A stretch of DNA of 64,000 bases from Candidatus Dormiibacterota bacterium (lineage in GTDB: Bacteria; Chloroflexota; Dormibacteria; Aeolococcales; Aeolococcaceae), in assembly GCA_963709585.1 (NCBI GenBank), contig CAVPXI010000008.1, positions 1 to 64,000 on the forward strand, given 5' to 3'. The translations under genes were made by a program, and so were the position numbers. Numbering within the stretch: position 1 is the stretch's first letter; every line of letters begins with the position of its first letter. A model generated the notes under the pieces. That model worked only from the letters and a program-made list of their open reading frames with translations. It was not told the origin of the DNA and searched no databases. This document shows positions 29,638 through 39,692 of this stretch, piece after piece.

Positions 29638-30792
29638 GTGCTGCAAGCAAGTCGCGCCGATCGGTTCTCGTTCGGGCTGTGGACCGTGGGCTGGCAGGGC
29701 GTTGACGTTTTCGGCACCGCTGTGCGCGCGCCACTCGATCCCGAGCTCGCTGTAGGCCGGCTCGCCGAGCTGGGTGCGTATGGAGTGAGCTTCCACGACA
29801 ACGACGTGTTCCCATTCGCGGCCACCGCCGCGGAGAAGAGCGCGGCGATCGACCGGTTGCGCCGGGCGGTCGACAGCGCCGGGCTGGTGGTGCCGATGGT
29901 GACCACGAATCTCTTCTCGCACCCGGTATTTCGCGACGGCGCGTTCACCGCCAATGACCGGGAGGTGCGCCGCTTCGCGCTCCGCAAGGTGGCGGACAAC
30001 CTCGATCTCGCCGCCGAGCTCGGTGCGGGTATCGTCGTGTTCTGGGGTGGTCGCGAGGGTGCGGAGTTGGGGGCCGCAAAGGACGTGGGCGCTGCGCTCG
30101 ACCGGTACAAGGAAGCCTTCGACATCCTCACCGGCTATGTCATCGAGCAGGGCTACGCAATGCGCTTTGCCATCGAGCCCAAGCCAAACGAGCCCCGCGG
30201 CGACATCTTTCTGCCCACCATCGGTCACGCGCTCTCGTTCATCGGCGAGTTGGAGCACTCTGAGATGGTCGGGCTCAATCCCGAGGTCGGTCACGAGGAG
30301 ATGGCGAGCCTGAACTTCGCGCACGGGCTGGCTCAGGCGCTCTGGCACGGCAAGCTGTTCCATGTCGACCTCAACGGCCAGAACGGACCGCGCTACGACC
30401 AGGACCTTCGCTTCGGCGCCGGCAACGCCCGAGGCGCCTTCTGGACGGTGGACATCCTCGAATCCGGCGGTTACGAGGGACCTCGTCACTTCGACTTCAA
30501 GCCTCCGAGGACCGAGGACATGGAGGGGGTGTGGGAGAGCGCGGCGGCGTGCATGCGCAACTACCTGCTGCTCCGCAGTCGGACTCACGCATTCCGATCG
30601 GACCCCCAGGTGCAGGCGGCACTGGCGGCGGCTCGACTCGACGAGCTCCGGCAGACCACCCTCGCGCCTGGGGAGTCCCTCAGCGCGATGCGCTCGCAGA
30701 CCTTCGACGCCGACGCGGCCGCGGCTCGTGGCATGGCCTTTGAGCGCCTCGACCAGCTTGCGCTGGACTACCTCTACGGCATCCGCTACTAG
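29638..30792 (+). CDS. xylA: Xylose isomerase (class I)
   Basis: [38 protein letters not shown]; GAGGAGG RBS. Confidence 0.96.
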   Translation: MLQASRADRFSFGLWTVGWQGVDVFGTAVRAPLDPELAVGRLAELGAYGVSFHDNDVFPFAATAAEKSAAIDRLRRAVDSAGLVVPMVTTNLFSHPVFRDGAFTANDREVRRFALRKVADNLDLAAELGAGIVVFWGGREGAELGAAKDVGAALDRYKEAFDILTGYVIEQGYAMRFAIEPKPNEPRGDIFLPTIGHALSFIGELEHSEMVGLNPEVGHEEMASLNFAHGLAQALWHGKLFHVDLNGQNGPRYDQDLRFGAGNARGAFWTVDILESGGYEGPRHFDFKPPRTEDMEGVWESAAACMRNYLLLRSRTHAFRSDPQVQAALAAARLDELRQTTLAPGESLSAMRSQTFDADAAAARGMAFERLDQLALDYLYGIRY

Positions 30793-30858
30793 CGCCATGG
30801 CGCCGCCGCAGCTCCGGCGAGGCTCCTGCCGCACTTCCGCCGTCATACAGGCACCTCG

Positions 30859-32322
30859 ATGAGCTCGGCTGCGCTGGTCGGCATCGATATCGGGACCACG
30901 TCCGCCAAGGGCATCGCGATCGACCCCGGATCGGGGGCGGTGCTGGCGACCGCTGAATCCGAGTACCCGGTGAGCTCACCCCAGGTGGGCTGGAGTGAGC
31001 AGGAGCCCGAGGCCTGGGTGACCGGGACGCACGAGGTGCTCGCGAGCTTGAGGACCGAAGCGTCGGAGATCCTCGGCATCGGCTTCTCCGGGCAGATGCA
31101 CGGGCTGGTCTGCCAGGACGCCGGCGGTGCGGTGATCCGCCCCGCGATCCTCTGGAACGACCAGCGTTCCGCACCTCAGTGCGCTGCCCTGGAGGCCGGG
31201 ACCGGGAGGGATCGGCTGATCCGGCTGACCGGCAACCGCGCCCTGCCCGGTTTTACCGCGCCCAAGCTGCTCTGGATGCGCGAGAACGAACCGGCGGCGT
31301 TCGCCCGTATCCGACGGATCAGCCTTCCCAAGGACTACGTGCGTGACCTCCTCGTGGGCGGACACCGGAGCGACGTCGCCGATGCGTCGGGAACGCTGCT
31401 CCTCGATGTCGGCGAGCGCCGCTGGAGCAGCGAGCTGCTCGCGGAGCTGGACATCCCCGCGTCGTGGCTGCCCGAGCTTGCCGAAAGCCCCGATGCCGTC
31501 GGCAGGCTGGACGGTGTCCCGGTTGCAGCCGGAGCCGGAGATCAAGCCGCTGCCGCGATGGGCGCCGGGATCACCGGTCCCGGCCCGCTCTCGGTCGTCC
31601 TGGGCACGTCGGGGGTCGTGCTCGCCGGGACCGATCGCTTCCTGGCCGACCATGAGGGACGGGTGCACGCCTTCTGCCACGCCGCGCCGGGACGGTGGCT
31701 GGTGATGGGCGTGATGCTGTCGGCGGCCGGGTCGCTTGCCTGGTTCCACGACACCCTGCTCCGCGGGGTCGCCTACGACGCCATGCTCGGCGAGGCCGAG
31801 AGCGTTCCGCCCGGCTGCGAGGGTCTCGTCTTCCTGCCCTATCTGGCCGGCGAGCGGACCCCACACGCCGATCCGCTCGCGCGCGGCGCGTTTTGCGGCC
31901 TCTCGGTCACCCACGGGCGCGGCGCCCTGACCCGAGCCGTGTTGGAAGGAGTCGCGTTCGCGCTGCGCGATTGCCTCGACGTGGTCACTGGCGTGGGGGT
32001 TGCCGCCGCGCGTGGGCGTGTCTCGGGGGGAGGCTCGAGAAGCCGTCTGTGGCTCCAGATCGTCGCCAGCGCTCTCGAGATGCCTCTCGAAGTCATGGCC
32101 ACCGATCAGGGCTCAGCGTTCGGCGCTGCCCTGCTAGGCGGTTTGGCCAGCGGTGTCTACAGCGACCTCGACCAGGCGAGCGCCGCCTGCGTTCGCGCCA
32201 CAGAGGTCATCGATCCCGTCGCCGAGTGGATCGAGGCCTACCGGGAGGCACGGCGCCGGTTCCGCGACTACTATCCCGCCCTCCGCTCGGTCACGCAGAC
32301 CCGGCCCGCCTCTTCAGGCTGA
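30859..32322 (+). CDS. xylB: Xylulokinase
   Basis: GIDIGTT, SGQMHGLV, ILWNDQR, GAGDQAA, PYLAGERTP. Confidence 0.95.
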   Translation: MSSAALVGIDIGTTSAKGIAIDPGSGAVLATAESEYPVSSPQVGWSEQEPEAWVTGTHEVLASLRTEASEILGIGFSGQMHGLVCQDAGGAVIRPAILWNDQRSAPQCAALEAGTGRDRLIRLTGNRALPGFTAPKLLWMRENEPAAFARIRRISLPKDYVRDLLVGGHRSDVADASGTLLLDVGERRWSSELLAELDIPASWLPELAESPDAVGRLDGVPVAAGAGDQAAAAMGAGITGPGPLSVVLGTSGVVLAGTDRFLADHEGRVHAFCHAAPGRWLVMGVMLSAAGSLAWFHDTLLRGVAYDAMLGEAESVPPGCEGLVFLPYLAGERTPHADPLARGAFCGLSVTHGRGALTRAVLEGVAFALRDCLDVVTGVGVAAARGRVSGGGSRSRLWLQIVASALEMPLEVMATDQGSAFGAALLGGLASGVYSDLDQASAACVRATEVIDPVAEWIEAYREARRRFRDYYPALRSVTQTRPASSG

Positions 32323-33531
32323 TCTGCGCTCGGCGCTGCGTGCCGGAACCAGGGTCGGCTCGTCGAGGACCCGCGTCAGCGCCAGCTCCGCCGCACCGAG
32401 CAACGGCCCGTCGGCGCCGAGCTGCGTCGGCCTGATCAGCGCATCCACGTCGAGAGCCGGCGCCATGACCCGGGCCCGGAGCTCCGCCTGCACGATGTGT
32501 TCGACGACGGGCCACATGGTGCCGAGGAAGCCGCCGAGCACGACCCGCTGCGGGTTGAAGACGTTGACGAGACCGGCCAGACCGGAGCCGAGCCAGTGGC
32601 CGACATCCTCCACCGCCGCGAGCGCCACCGGGTCGCCCCACGCCGCATCCCTGAGCAGGCGGGTGACTGCCTCGGGCTTGTAGCTCTTCTCGGCAATCCC
32701 GATCCGGCGCAACATCGCCGGGCCGCCGATCTCCGTCTCCCAGCAACCCATCGCCCCACACCGGCATTGCACGCCGTTGGGATTCACCTGAACGTGCCCC
32801 ACCTCGCCGGCGCAGCCCGCTGCCCCGACCAGCAGCTTTCCATCGATGACCAGGCCGCCGCCGACGCCCACCTCGCTGGTCACATAGATGAGGTGGCTGA
32901 CCCCGACGCCCGCCCCCCACGTGTGTTCCGCAAGCGCTCCGAGATCCGCCTCGTTGGCGATGACCACAGGCAGGCCGGAGCCGAGCCGGTCCGCGACCAG
33001 ACGCCCGAGCGGCACGTCCCTCCATCCCAGGTTCGGGGCGAAGTGCACGAGCCCGTCCGCTCGGCTGACCACGCCGGCGACGGCGATGCCGAGGCCGGCC
33101 ACCCAGCAATCGGGGGGGATGGAAGCCAGTGCGGTCTGGATGAGCTTGCCGACGTCCTCGATGGTCTGGTCGACGGCCAGGCGACGCGGCTGATGGGTCG
33201 CCCGAGCGCGGTGGAGGATCCGGCCGCCGAGCCCGACGACGGCCGCGGACAGCGAATTGACGGCGATCTCGGCGGTGATCACCGCGGCGCCCTCGGGGTT
33301 CGGACGAGCCACCAGTGAGGGGCGCCCGGGCGACCCCAGACGGGCGGGATCGCCCTCCTCCACCAGGCCGCGAGCGCGAAGGTCTGCGACCAGCTCGCCG
33401 ATCGTGCTCCGGGTCATCCCCAGGGCGCCGCCGATCTCGGATCGGGACAGCGCCCCCGACTGATGCAGGTGGCGGAGCAACAGGCTCAGGTTGTGACGGC
33501 GGACGGACTCCGGCGAGGCCATGGGGCTCAT
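32314..33531 (-). CDS. ROK-family transcriptional regulator (XylR-like)
   Basis: N-terminal HTH, GRPS, NEADLGALAE, GEVGH..C.CG..GCWE. Confidence 0.92.
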   Translation of the reverse strand: MSPMASPESVRRHNLSLLLRHLHQSGALSRSEIGGALGMTRSTIGELVADLRARGLVEEGDPARLGSPGRPSLVARPNPEGAAVITAEIAVNSLSAAVVGLGGRILHRARATHQPRRLAVDQTIEDVGKLIQTALASIPPDCWVAGLGIAVAGVVSRADGLVHFAPNLGWRDVPLGRLVADRLGSGLPVVIANEADLGALAEHTWGAGVGVSHLIYVTSEVGVGGGLVIDGKLLVGAAGCAGEVGHVQVNPNGVQCRCGAMGCWETEIGGPAMLRRIGIAEKSYKPEAVTRLLRDAAWGDPVALAAVEDVGHWLGSGLAGLVNVFNPQRVVLGGFLGTMWPVVEHIVQAELRARVMAPALDVDALIRPTQLGADGPLLGAAELALTRVLDEPTLVPARSAERRSA

Positions 33532-33561
33532 AAGGACCGGACCCCTCTTACGTTCGCGATG

Positions 33562-34908
33562 TCAGGCTCGAGGCTGAGCGCCGCGGCGCGAGAGGACGTC
33601 GATGGTGCCTGCCGCCAGCAGCACGAGCGCCACAACGATGTCGATCCAGTCGGACGTGACCCCGATCAGGATCAGCCCGTTGTAGATGCCGCCGATCATC
33701 AACCCGCCGAGTAGACCGTGGATCGTCTTTCCCCGGCCGCCGAACAGGCTGGTGCCACCGATGACCGCGGCAGCCACTGCCAGGAGCACGTAGCTGTTGG
33801 CGTCCTTGATGATGTTGGTCGTGATCGACACCTGCCACGACGCGAAGAGCACGCCGGCGATCCCGGCGGTCAGGGCGGCGAGCACGAATCCCCAGGTGCG
33901 GATGGTGGGCAGATTGATCCCGGCTCGGCGCGCCGCCTCGGGGTTCCCGCCGATCGCGTACACGTACCGGCCGAAGCGGGTGCGCTGCAGGAGGATGGTC
34001 CAGGTGACCAGCACCACCAGGACGATCGGAATGATGAAGGGCAGCCCGACGATGGTCCCGAAGTGCGCACGGTTCACGTTGCACACAGCGACGACGATGA
34101 CCCCCGCCACTGCCCCGACGATGATCTTCAAAGCGGTGAGGCTGGCCGGCGGAGCCACCAGGCCGGAGTGGCGGCGGCGGGAATCGGCGAACCACACCGC
34201 GCCGCCGGCGATCACCCCCACGACGGCCAGCAGGATCCAGCTGACCGTCGGGTCGAACTTCCCATAGAAGATGTTGTAGATGGCGACCTCGTTGCCGAAC
34301 CGGGAGTTCCCGAGGCCGACGAGGCTGCCCCCGAGGACGATGATCGAGACGCCCTCGAGCACCAGCAGGCCGCCCAACGTCACGATGAACGACGGCATCT
34401 TGACCCGGGCGACCAGAGTCCCCTGGATCAAGCCCACGGCCGAGCAGATGAGCAGGGCCACGATGATCGCGATCCACCACGGCCATCCGAGGCCGGCAGG
34501 CTGCACCTCCTCGGCGACCAGGACGGCGCCCAACCCCATGACCAGCCCGACAGAGAGGTCGATCTCCCCGAGCAGCAGGGCGAAGATCTCGGCCATCGCC
34601 AGGAGCATGTAGATGGTGCTCTGCTCGAAGAGGTTGACCAGGTTCTGCGGGGACAGGAACTTGCCGTTGGCGATCTGGAACGCGACGGCGACGACGATGA
34701 TGCCGAGGAGGACGGGGAGGACGCCGCTGTCGCCGCCGCGGATCCGCTGTCCCCAGGCGCGCAGATACTGACCCAGGGATTGGGCCAGGAGCTCCGGCGG
34801 CACCTCCGCGACCGCCTCGGCCGGGGACGCCGCGGTGAGGTCGACGAGCGGCTCGGCGAGAGCCGGCTCGGCGGCCGCGATCGGCGGGTCGGTCTCTCTC
34901 CCAGCCAT
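33562..34908 (-). CDS. Sugar ABC transporter permease (XylH-like), copy A
   Basis: GEIDLSVG, FGRYVYAIGGNPEAARRAG, AAVIGGTSLFGGRG. Confidence 0.93.
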   Translation of the reverse strand: MAGRETDPPIAAAEPALAEPLVDLTAASPAEAVAEVPPELLAQSLGQYLRAWGQRIRGGDSGVLPVLLGIIVVAVAFQIANGKFLSPQNLVNLFEQSTIYMLLAMAEIFALLLGEIDLSVGLVMGLGAVLVAEEVQPAGLGWPWWIAIIVALLICSAVGLIQGTLVARVKMPSFIVTLGGLLVLEGVSIIVLGGSLVGLGNSRFGNEVAIYNIFYGKFDPTVSWILLAVVGVIAGGAVWFADSRRRHSGLVAPPASLTALKIIVGAVAGVIVVAVCNVNRAHFGTIVGLPFIIPIVLVVLVTWTILLQRTRFGRYVYAIGGNPEAARRAGINLPTIRTWGFVLAALTAGIAGVLFASWQVSITTNIIKDANSYVLLAVAAAVIGGTSLFGGRGKTIHGLLGGLMIGGIYNGLILIGVTSDWIDIVVALVLLAAGTIDVLSRRGAQPRA

Positions 34909-35747
34909 GGCTCAGTCACTCCCTCTGGCGACCGCAGCTCCGAGCGGCGCGTGGGGCCGCCCGTTCGAACCCCCGGTGGTCATGTACTCGATCACGCTCT
35001 GCCGGTCGAAGCCGGCCACCGGCCCCTCGGCCACCATCCTCCCCAGGTGGAGCACGGCGATCCGGTCGGCCACCTCGAAGACGTCGTTGAGGTTGTGGGA
35101 GATCACCATCACCGCCAGGCCCCGGTCCCGGAGCCTGCGCACCAGGTCGAGCACCATCCGGGTCTGGACCACCCCCAGCGCCGCGGTGGGCTCGTCCAGG
35201 AGCACCACCTTGGAGTTCCACATCACCGCCTTCGCCACCGCCACCGACTGGCGCTGCCCACCCGAGAGCGAGCCCACCGGCTGGCGGATCGAGCGCACCG
35301 TGGTCACCCGCAGGCTGCTCAGCGTCTCCGCCGCCGCCCGCTCCATCGAGTCCTCGTCGAGCAGCCCCCGGCGCAACCGCTCCCGCCCCAGGAACATGTT
35401 CTGGACGATGTCCAGGTTGTCGGCCAGGGCCAGGTCCTGGTAGACGGTCTCGATCCCCAGGCCGGCCGCGTCCCGGGTGGTGCGGATGTGCACCGGCTGG
35501 CCTTCGAAGAAGATCTGCCCGTGGTCGATCTGGTGGACCCCGGCGATGCACCGGGTGAGCACCGACTTGCCCGCCCCGTTGTCGCCACAGAGCCCGGTCA
35601 CCTGGCCCGCGGGCAGATCCAGGTTCACCTGGTAGAGCGCCTGCACCGGCCCGAAGTGCTTGTCGATGCCCCGCAGCTGCAACAAGGCTTCCGCCGGGGC
35701 CGTCGCCCCACCGCTCACCCCTGCCCCGGGGTCGTGATTCATCTCAG
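34715..35747. repeat. 1033-bp direct repeat, copy 1 (matches 36915-37947)
   Basis: Offset exactly 2200 bp; overlapping ORF translations in several frames are identical; mismatch at 34714/36914 and divergence after ATCTCAG. Confidence 0.93.
34912..35742 (-). CDS. Sugar ABC transporter ATP-binding protein, copy A
   Basis: GDNGAGKS, LSGGQRQ, LLDEPTAALG. Confidence 0.94.
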   Translation of the reverse strand: MNHDPGAGVSGGATAPAEALLQLRGIDKHFGPVQALYQVNLDLPAGQVTGLCGDNGAGKSVLTRCIAGVHQIDHGQIFFEGQPVHIRTTRDAAGLGIETVYQDLALADNLDIVQNMFLGRERLRRGLLDEDSMERAAAETLSSLRVTTVRSIRQPVGSLSGGQRQSVAVAKAVMWNSKVVLLDEPTAALGVVQTRMVLDLVRRLRDRGLAVMVISHNLNDVFEVADRIAVLHLGRMVAEGPVAGFDRQSVIEYMTTGGSNGRPHAPLGAAVARGSD

Positions 35748-37108
35748 ACACGAGACACGCTCCCGGTCCTGGCTCCCCGCCGCGAGAGGACGTCGACCAT
35801 GACCGCGATCAGGAGGACGCTGCCCGGCAGGATGTACTCGAGCGGCGTCGAGAGCTCTCCCAAGGAAAGCAGGGACACGCCGTAGGCGATGCCGCCGATC
35901 ATCAGTCCGCCGAGGAGACCGTGGATCGGCTTGCCGCGGCCGCCGAACAGGCTGGTGCCGCCGATGACCGCGGCGGCCACCGAGTACAGGATGAGCTGAC
36001 CGGGATCGGCATCGTTGGTGCTGTACTGCCCGTAGAAGAAGGAGCCCAGCAGGATCCCGGCGAACCCGGCGGTCGCCGAGCAGAGTGCGAATGCGCCGGT
36101 GCGAACCCAGGCCAGGTTCACGCCCGCCCGGCGAGCCGCTTCCGGATTGCCGCCGATCGCGTAGACATAACGGCCGAACTGGGTGCGCTGGAGCAGCAGA
36201 GTCCAGACGCCCACGATAGCGAGGACGATCGGAATCACCTCGGGGACCCCCGAGGGGAGGTTCAACCCGCAGATCGCCACGACCGCGACTTCGAGGGCCG
36301 CCATGAAGACGATGCGAATCGCGACCAGGGGGAGCGGGGGTGCCACCAGGCCGCTGCGCCGTCGCGCGGAGGTGCGTATCAGGAGCGCTGCCGCCGCGAT
36401 GAACACCAGCGCCGCCAGCGCCACCCAGCCGGCCACGGGGTTGATGACCCCCTGCACCAGGTTGAAGATCACGCTCTGGTTGGGCACCTGAGAGCTGACC
36501 GTGAGGGTTCCATCAGCGCCGCCCAGGATGATGATGATGATGCCCTCGAAGAGCAGGAAGCCTGCCAGGGTGACGACGAATGAGGGGATCCTGAGGCGCG
36601 ACACCAGGGTGCCCTGGATCGCGCCGATGATCGCGCAGCAGACCAGCGTGGTGAGGATCGCCGCCCACCAGGGCCAGTTGGGTCCCGGGTTCTGCTGCAC
36701 CAGCTTGAAGGCGATGGTCCCGCCGAGGAGCGCGACCGAACCGATGGAGAGATCGATCTCGCCGAGCAGCAGGACCGCGATCTCGGCGGTGGCAAGAACC
36801 ATATAGACCGTGCTCAAACCGAAGATGTAGACCAGGTTGCTGGGCCGCAGATAGGCGTTCTCCGGGGTGATGATTTCGAAGGTGACGGCGACCAGGATGA
36901 TGCCGAGGAGGACTGGGAGGACGCCGCTGTCGCCGCCGCGGATCCGCTGTCCCCAGGCGCGCAGATACTGACCCAGGGATTGGGCCAGGAGCTCCGGCGG
37001 CACCTCCGCGACCGCCTCGGCCGGGGACGCCGCGGTGAGGTCGACGAGCGGCTCGGCGAGAGCCGGCTCGGCGGCCGCGATCGGCGGGTCGGTCTCTCTC
37101 CCAGCCAT
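35744..37108 (-). CDS. Sugar ABC transporter permease (XylH-like), copy B
   Basis: First ~70 aa identical to copy A, then divergent; GEIDLSIG, AAVIGGTSLFGGRG. Confidence 0.93.
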   Translation of the reverse strand: MAGRETDPPIAAAEPALAEPLVDLTAASPAEAVAEVPPELLAQSLGQYLRAWGQRIRGGDSGVLPVLLGIILVAVTFEIITPENAYLRPSNLVYIFGLSTVYMVLATAEIAVLLLGEIDLSIGSVALLGGTIAFKLVQQNPGPNWPWWAAILTTLVCCAIIGAIQGTLVSRLRIPSFVVTLAGFLLFEGIIIIILGGADGTLTVSSQVPNQSVIFNLVQGVINPVAGWVALAALVFIAAAALLIRTSARRRSGLVAPPLPLVAIRIVFMAALEVAVVAICGLNLPSGVPEVIPIVLAIVGVWTLLLQRTQFGRYVYAIGGNPEAARRAGVNLAWVRTGAFALCSATAGFAGILLGSFFYGQYSTNDADPGQLILYSVAAAVIGGTSLFGGRGKPIHGLLGGLMIGGIAYGVSLLSLGELSTPLEYILPGSVLLIAVMVDVLSRRGARTGSVSRV

Positions 37109-37947
37109 GGCTCAGTCACTCCCTCTGGCGACCGCAGCTCCGAGCGGCGCGTGGGGCCGCCCGTTCGAACCCCCGGTGGTCATGTACTCGATCACGCTCT
37201 GCCGGTCGAAGCCGGCCACCGGCCCCTCGGCCACCATCCTCCCCAGGTGGAGCACGGCGATCCGGTCGGCCACCTCGAAGACGTCGTTGAGGTTGTGGGA
37301 GATCACCATCACCGCCAGGCCCCGGTCCCGGAGCCTGCGCACCAGGTCGAGCACCATCCGGGTCTGGACCACCCCCAGCGCCGCGGTGGGCTCGTCCAGG
37401 AGCACCACCTTGGAGTTCCACATCACCGCCTTCGCCACCGCCACCGACTGGCGCTGCCCACCCGAGAGCGAGCCCACCGGCTGGCGGATCGAGCGCACCG
37501 TGGTCACCCGCAGGCTGCTCAGCGTCTCCGCCGCCGCCCGCTCCATCGAGTCCTCGTCGAGCAGCCCCCGGCGCAACCGCTCCCGCCCCAGGAACATGTT
37601 CTGGACGATGTCCAGGTTGTCGGCCAGGGCCAGGTCCTGGTAGACGGTCTCGATCCCCAGGCCGGCCGCGTCCCGGGTGGTGCGGATGTGCACCGGCTGG
37701 CCTTCGAAGAAGATCTGCCCGTGGTCGATCTGGTGGACCCCGGCGATGCACCGGGTGAGCACCGACTTGCCCGCCCCGTTGTCGCCACAGAGCCCGGTCA
37801 CCTGGCCCGCGGGCAGATCCAGGTTCACCTGGTAGAGCGCCTGCACCGGCCCGAAGTGCTTGTCGATGCCCCGCAGCTGCAACAAGGCTTCCGCCGGGGC
37901 CGTCGCCCCACCGCTCACCCCTGCCCCGGGGTCGTGATTCATCTCAG
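36915..37947. repeat. 1033-bp direct repeat, copy 2
   Basis: Matches 34715-35747. Confidence 0.93.
37112..37942 (-). CDS. Sugar ABC transporter ATP-binding protein, copy B
   Basis: Protein identical to copy A. Confidence 0.94.
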   Translation of the reverse strand: MNHDPGAGVSGGATAPAEALLQLRGIDKHFGPVQALYQVNLDLPAGQVTGLCGDNGAGKSVLTRCIAGVHQIDHGQIFFEGQPVHIRTTRDAAGLGIETVYQDLALADNLDIVQNMFLGRERLRRGLLDEDSMERAAAETLSSLRVTTVRSIRQPVGSLSGGQRQSVAVAKAVMWNSKVVLLDEPTAALGVVQTRMVLDLVRRLRDRGLAVMVISHNLNDVFEVADRIAVLHLGRMVAEGPVAGFDRQSVIEYMTTGGSNGRPHAPLGAAVARGSD

Positions 37948-37967
37948 TCGCCTCAGATCAATGAGTT

Positions 37968-37993
37968 GTCGATGGCATTAGTCGATGGCATTA
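37968..37993. repeat. 13-bp tandem repeat GTCGATGGCATTA x2
   Basis: Exact copies at 37968-37980 and 37981-37993. Confidence 0.85.
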
Positions 37994-38087
37994 AATGACG
38001 TGCCCGGTCCAGCCCGCGTCTTCCGGCATCCGTCCCGTGTTCGAGGCACCGGCCGATCTCGGGTGGTGCGGTGCCCTGGGAGCAGGG

Positions 38088-38117
38088 CAAACCGGGCCGC
38101 CCCGAAGGGCGACCCGG
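38088..38117 (-). terminator. Stem-loop after the substrate-binding protein gene
   Basis: CCGGGTCGCCC-TTCG-GGGCGGCCCGG then TTT on the minus strand (cUUCGg loop). Confidence 0.65.
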
Positions 38118-38163
38118 CTGCTCTCTCCTGCGGAGATGCCCACAAGGGCGCTCCGTCAGACGA

Positions 38164-39456
38164 TTACGAGATTCCTGCCGCCGTGCAGAGGCTCTGGCCG
38201 GCGATGGCGCAGATCGACATGGCGGGGTCGAAGCCGTCCTTGACCACCGTCGCCTCCATGTTGGCCGCGTTGACCCACGATGCGGTCAGAAGCGACGCCG
38301 GCTCGGTGATGCTGCTGTTGGCGGGGTCAATCGTGGTGCCGTTCAAGAGCGCCGTCGGGACCGTGTTGCCGGAGAGGAGGATGTCGGCCAACGCGACCGC
38401 ATCCTGGGCCTCCTTGTAGACCGGCTTGTACACGGAGCCGCACTGGTAGCCCTCGAGAATCCACGCCATACCCTGGGCGGTCGCGTCCTGCCCGGTCACG
38501 GGGATTTGCTTCGGCTTCACCCCCGCCGCCTTGAGGTCGTTGATCACCGCGTTGCCGAGCCCGTCGTTGGCCTCGATGGTCGCGTTGATCGTGGGATGGG
38601 ACGTGAACTCCTGCTGGAAGATCGTGCCGCCCTGGGTGTTCGACCACCCCGGAGCGAAGTTCTCTCCGACGAGCTTCATCCCTTGGCTGTTGGTCGCACC
38701 CGCGGTGACGCTTTTGGCCGCCTGGCTCCAGACAACCTTGTTGTATCCGGTGGCGAAGGAGATGGCGTTGGGATCGGTGTCCTCACCGCCGTTGAGCACG
38801 AACACCTGCGGGCTCTTGATGCCCCAATCGGAGACGCAGGTCACGAAGCCGTTGCCGATGGCCTCGCCGACGGCCTCGTTGTTGAAGCTGACGTAGTAGG
38901 TCTTGGAGCCCTGGAAGGTCGCCCGGTCGTAGCTGATCAGGGTGACTCCCTTGGACTCGGCCAGCTGCGCGATCGCCTGGCCCGTCGGCCCATCGAGTGG
39001 GCACATGATCAGGACCTTGGCGCCGAGGTTGATATCGGCGGTCGCGTCGTCGAGCTCGGTCGCATCACTGCCCTGGGCGTTGTCGATCCGGAACTGCTGC
39101 TGGTTGAACCCGGCGTCCGCCAGCGCTGACGTCAGGTAGGGCTGATCGAAGTCCACCCAGCGCGTCGACGAGGTCGTGTCGGGGAGGATCACTCCGATGA
39201 GCAGGCTGTTGACGCCCTTGGTCGCGTACGCGGTCAGCGACTTGAGCGAACCCATCGTCGACGCGATGTCGGTGGTGAACGCGCTGACGGTCACGCCCGA
39301 TGGGACGCCGGGGTTCGTGACGGCCGAGCCGGTGTTGCCGGTCGACGTGCTTCCGCAGGCCGCAGCCACGAGCGCGGCACCACCCACCAGGGTGACCCGG
39401 CTCAACTTCGACAGACCATGGGACCCCCGGCCCCTGATTCCATCTTGCAAACGCAT
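38164..39456 (-). CDS. Sugar ABC substrate-binding lipoprotein (XylF-like)
   Basis: Lipobox VAAAC, LPDTTSSTRW..FD, ISYDR, YYVSFNN, TGQDAT. Confidence 0.92.
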   Translation of the reverse strand: MRLQDGIRGRGSHGLSKLSRVTLVGGAALVAAACGSTSTGNTGSAVTNPGVPSGVTVSAFTTDIASTMGSLKSLTAYATKGVNSLLIGVILPDTTSSTRWVDFDQPYLTSALADAGFNQQQFRIDNAQGSDATELDDATADINLGAKVLIMCPLDGPTGQAIAQLAESKGVTLISYDRATFQGSKTYYVSFNNEAVGEAIGNGFVTCVSDWGIKSPQVFVLNGGEDTDPNAISFATGYNKVVWSQAAKSVTAGATNSQGMKLVGENFAPGWSNTQGGTIFQQEFTSHPTINATIEANDGLGNAVINDLKAAGVKPKQIPVTGQDATAQGMAWILEGYQCGSVYKPVYKEAQDAVALADILLSGNTVPTALLNGTTIDPANSSITEPASLLTASWVNAANMEATVVKDGFDPAMSICAIAGQSLCTAAGIS

Positions 39457-39577
39457 CAGACCTTTGCCCTCCGAACCGGAATCGACCGTCTGCGACGCCA
39501 CTTGCTCCGGTAGCGACAAGTGTCGCCACCCGAACCTCTGTGAGGCAGCGTGCGGATGGTTCGCCTATCGGGAAGGG

Positions 39578-39598
39578 TTTGTCAACTCCTCGAACGAA
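39578..39598 (-). promoter_or_regulatory. Probable ROK/XylR operator overlapping a TTGACA -35 box
   Basis: TTCGTTCGAGGAGTTGACAAA (TTnGT-N11-ACnAA) upstream of the ABC operon. Confidence 0.55.
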
Positions 39599-39625
39599 AA
39601 ATCACCCTAACGGGGGATTTTTCGT
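39594..39625. terminator. Inverted repeat downstream of the SDR gene
   Basis: ACGAAAAATC...GATTTTTCGT. Confidence 0.45.
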
Positions 39626-39692
39626 ACGGCTCGCCCCAGGACGACGCATCAAAAGCATCGAAAGCCGGGTCCGCGGGACGCCCCAGCCGGCC

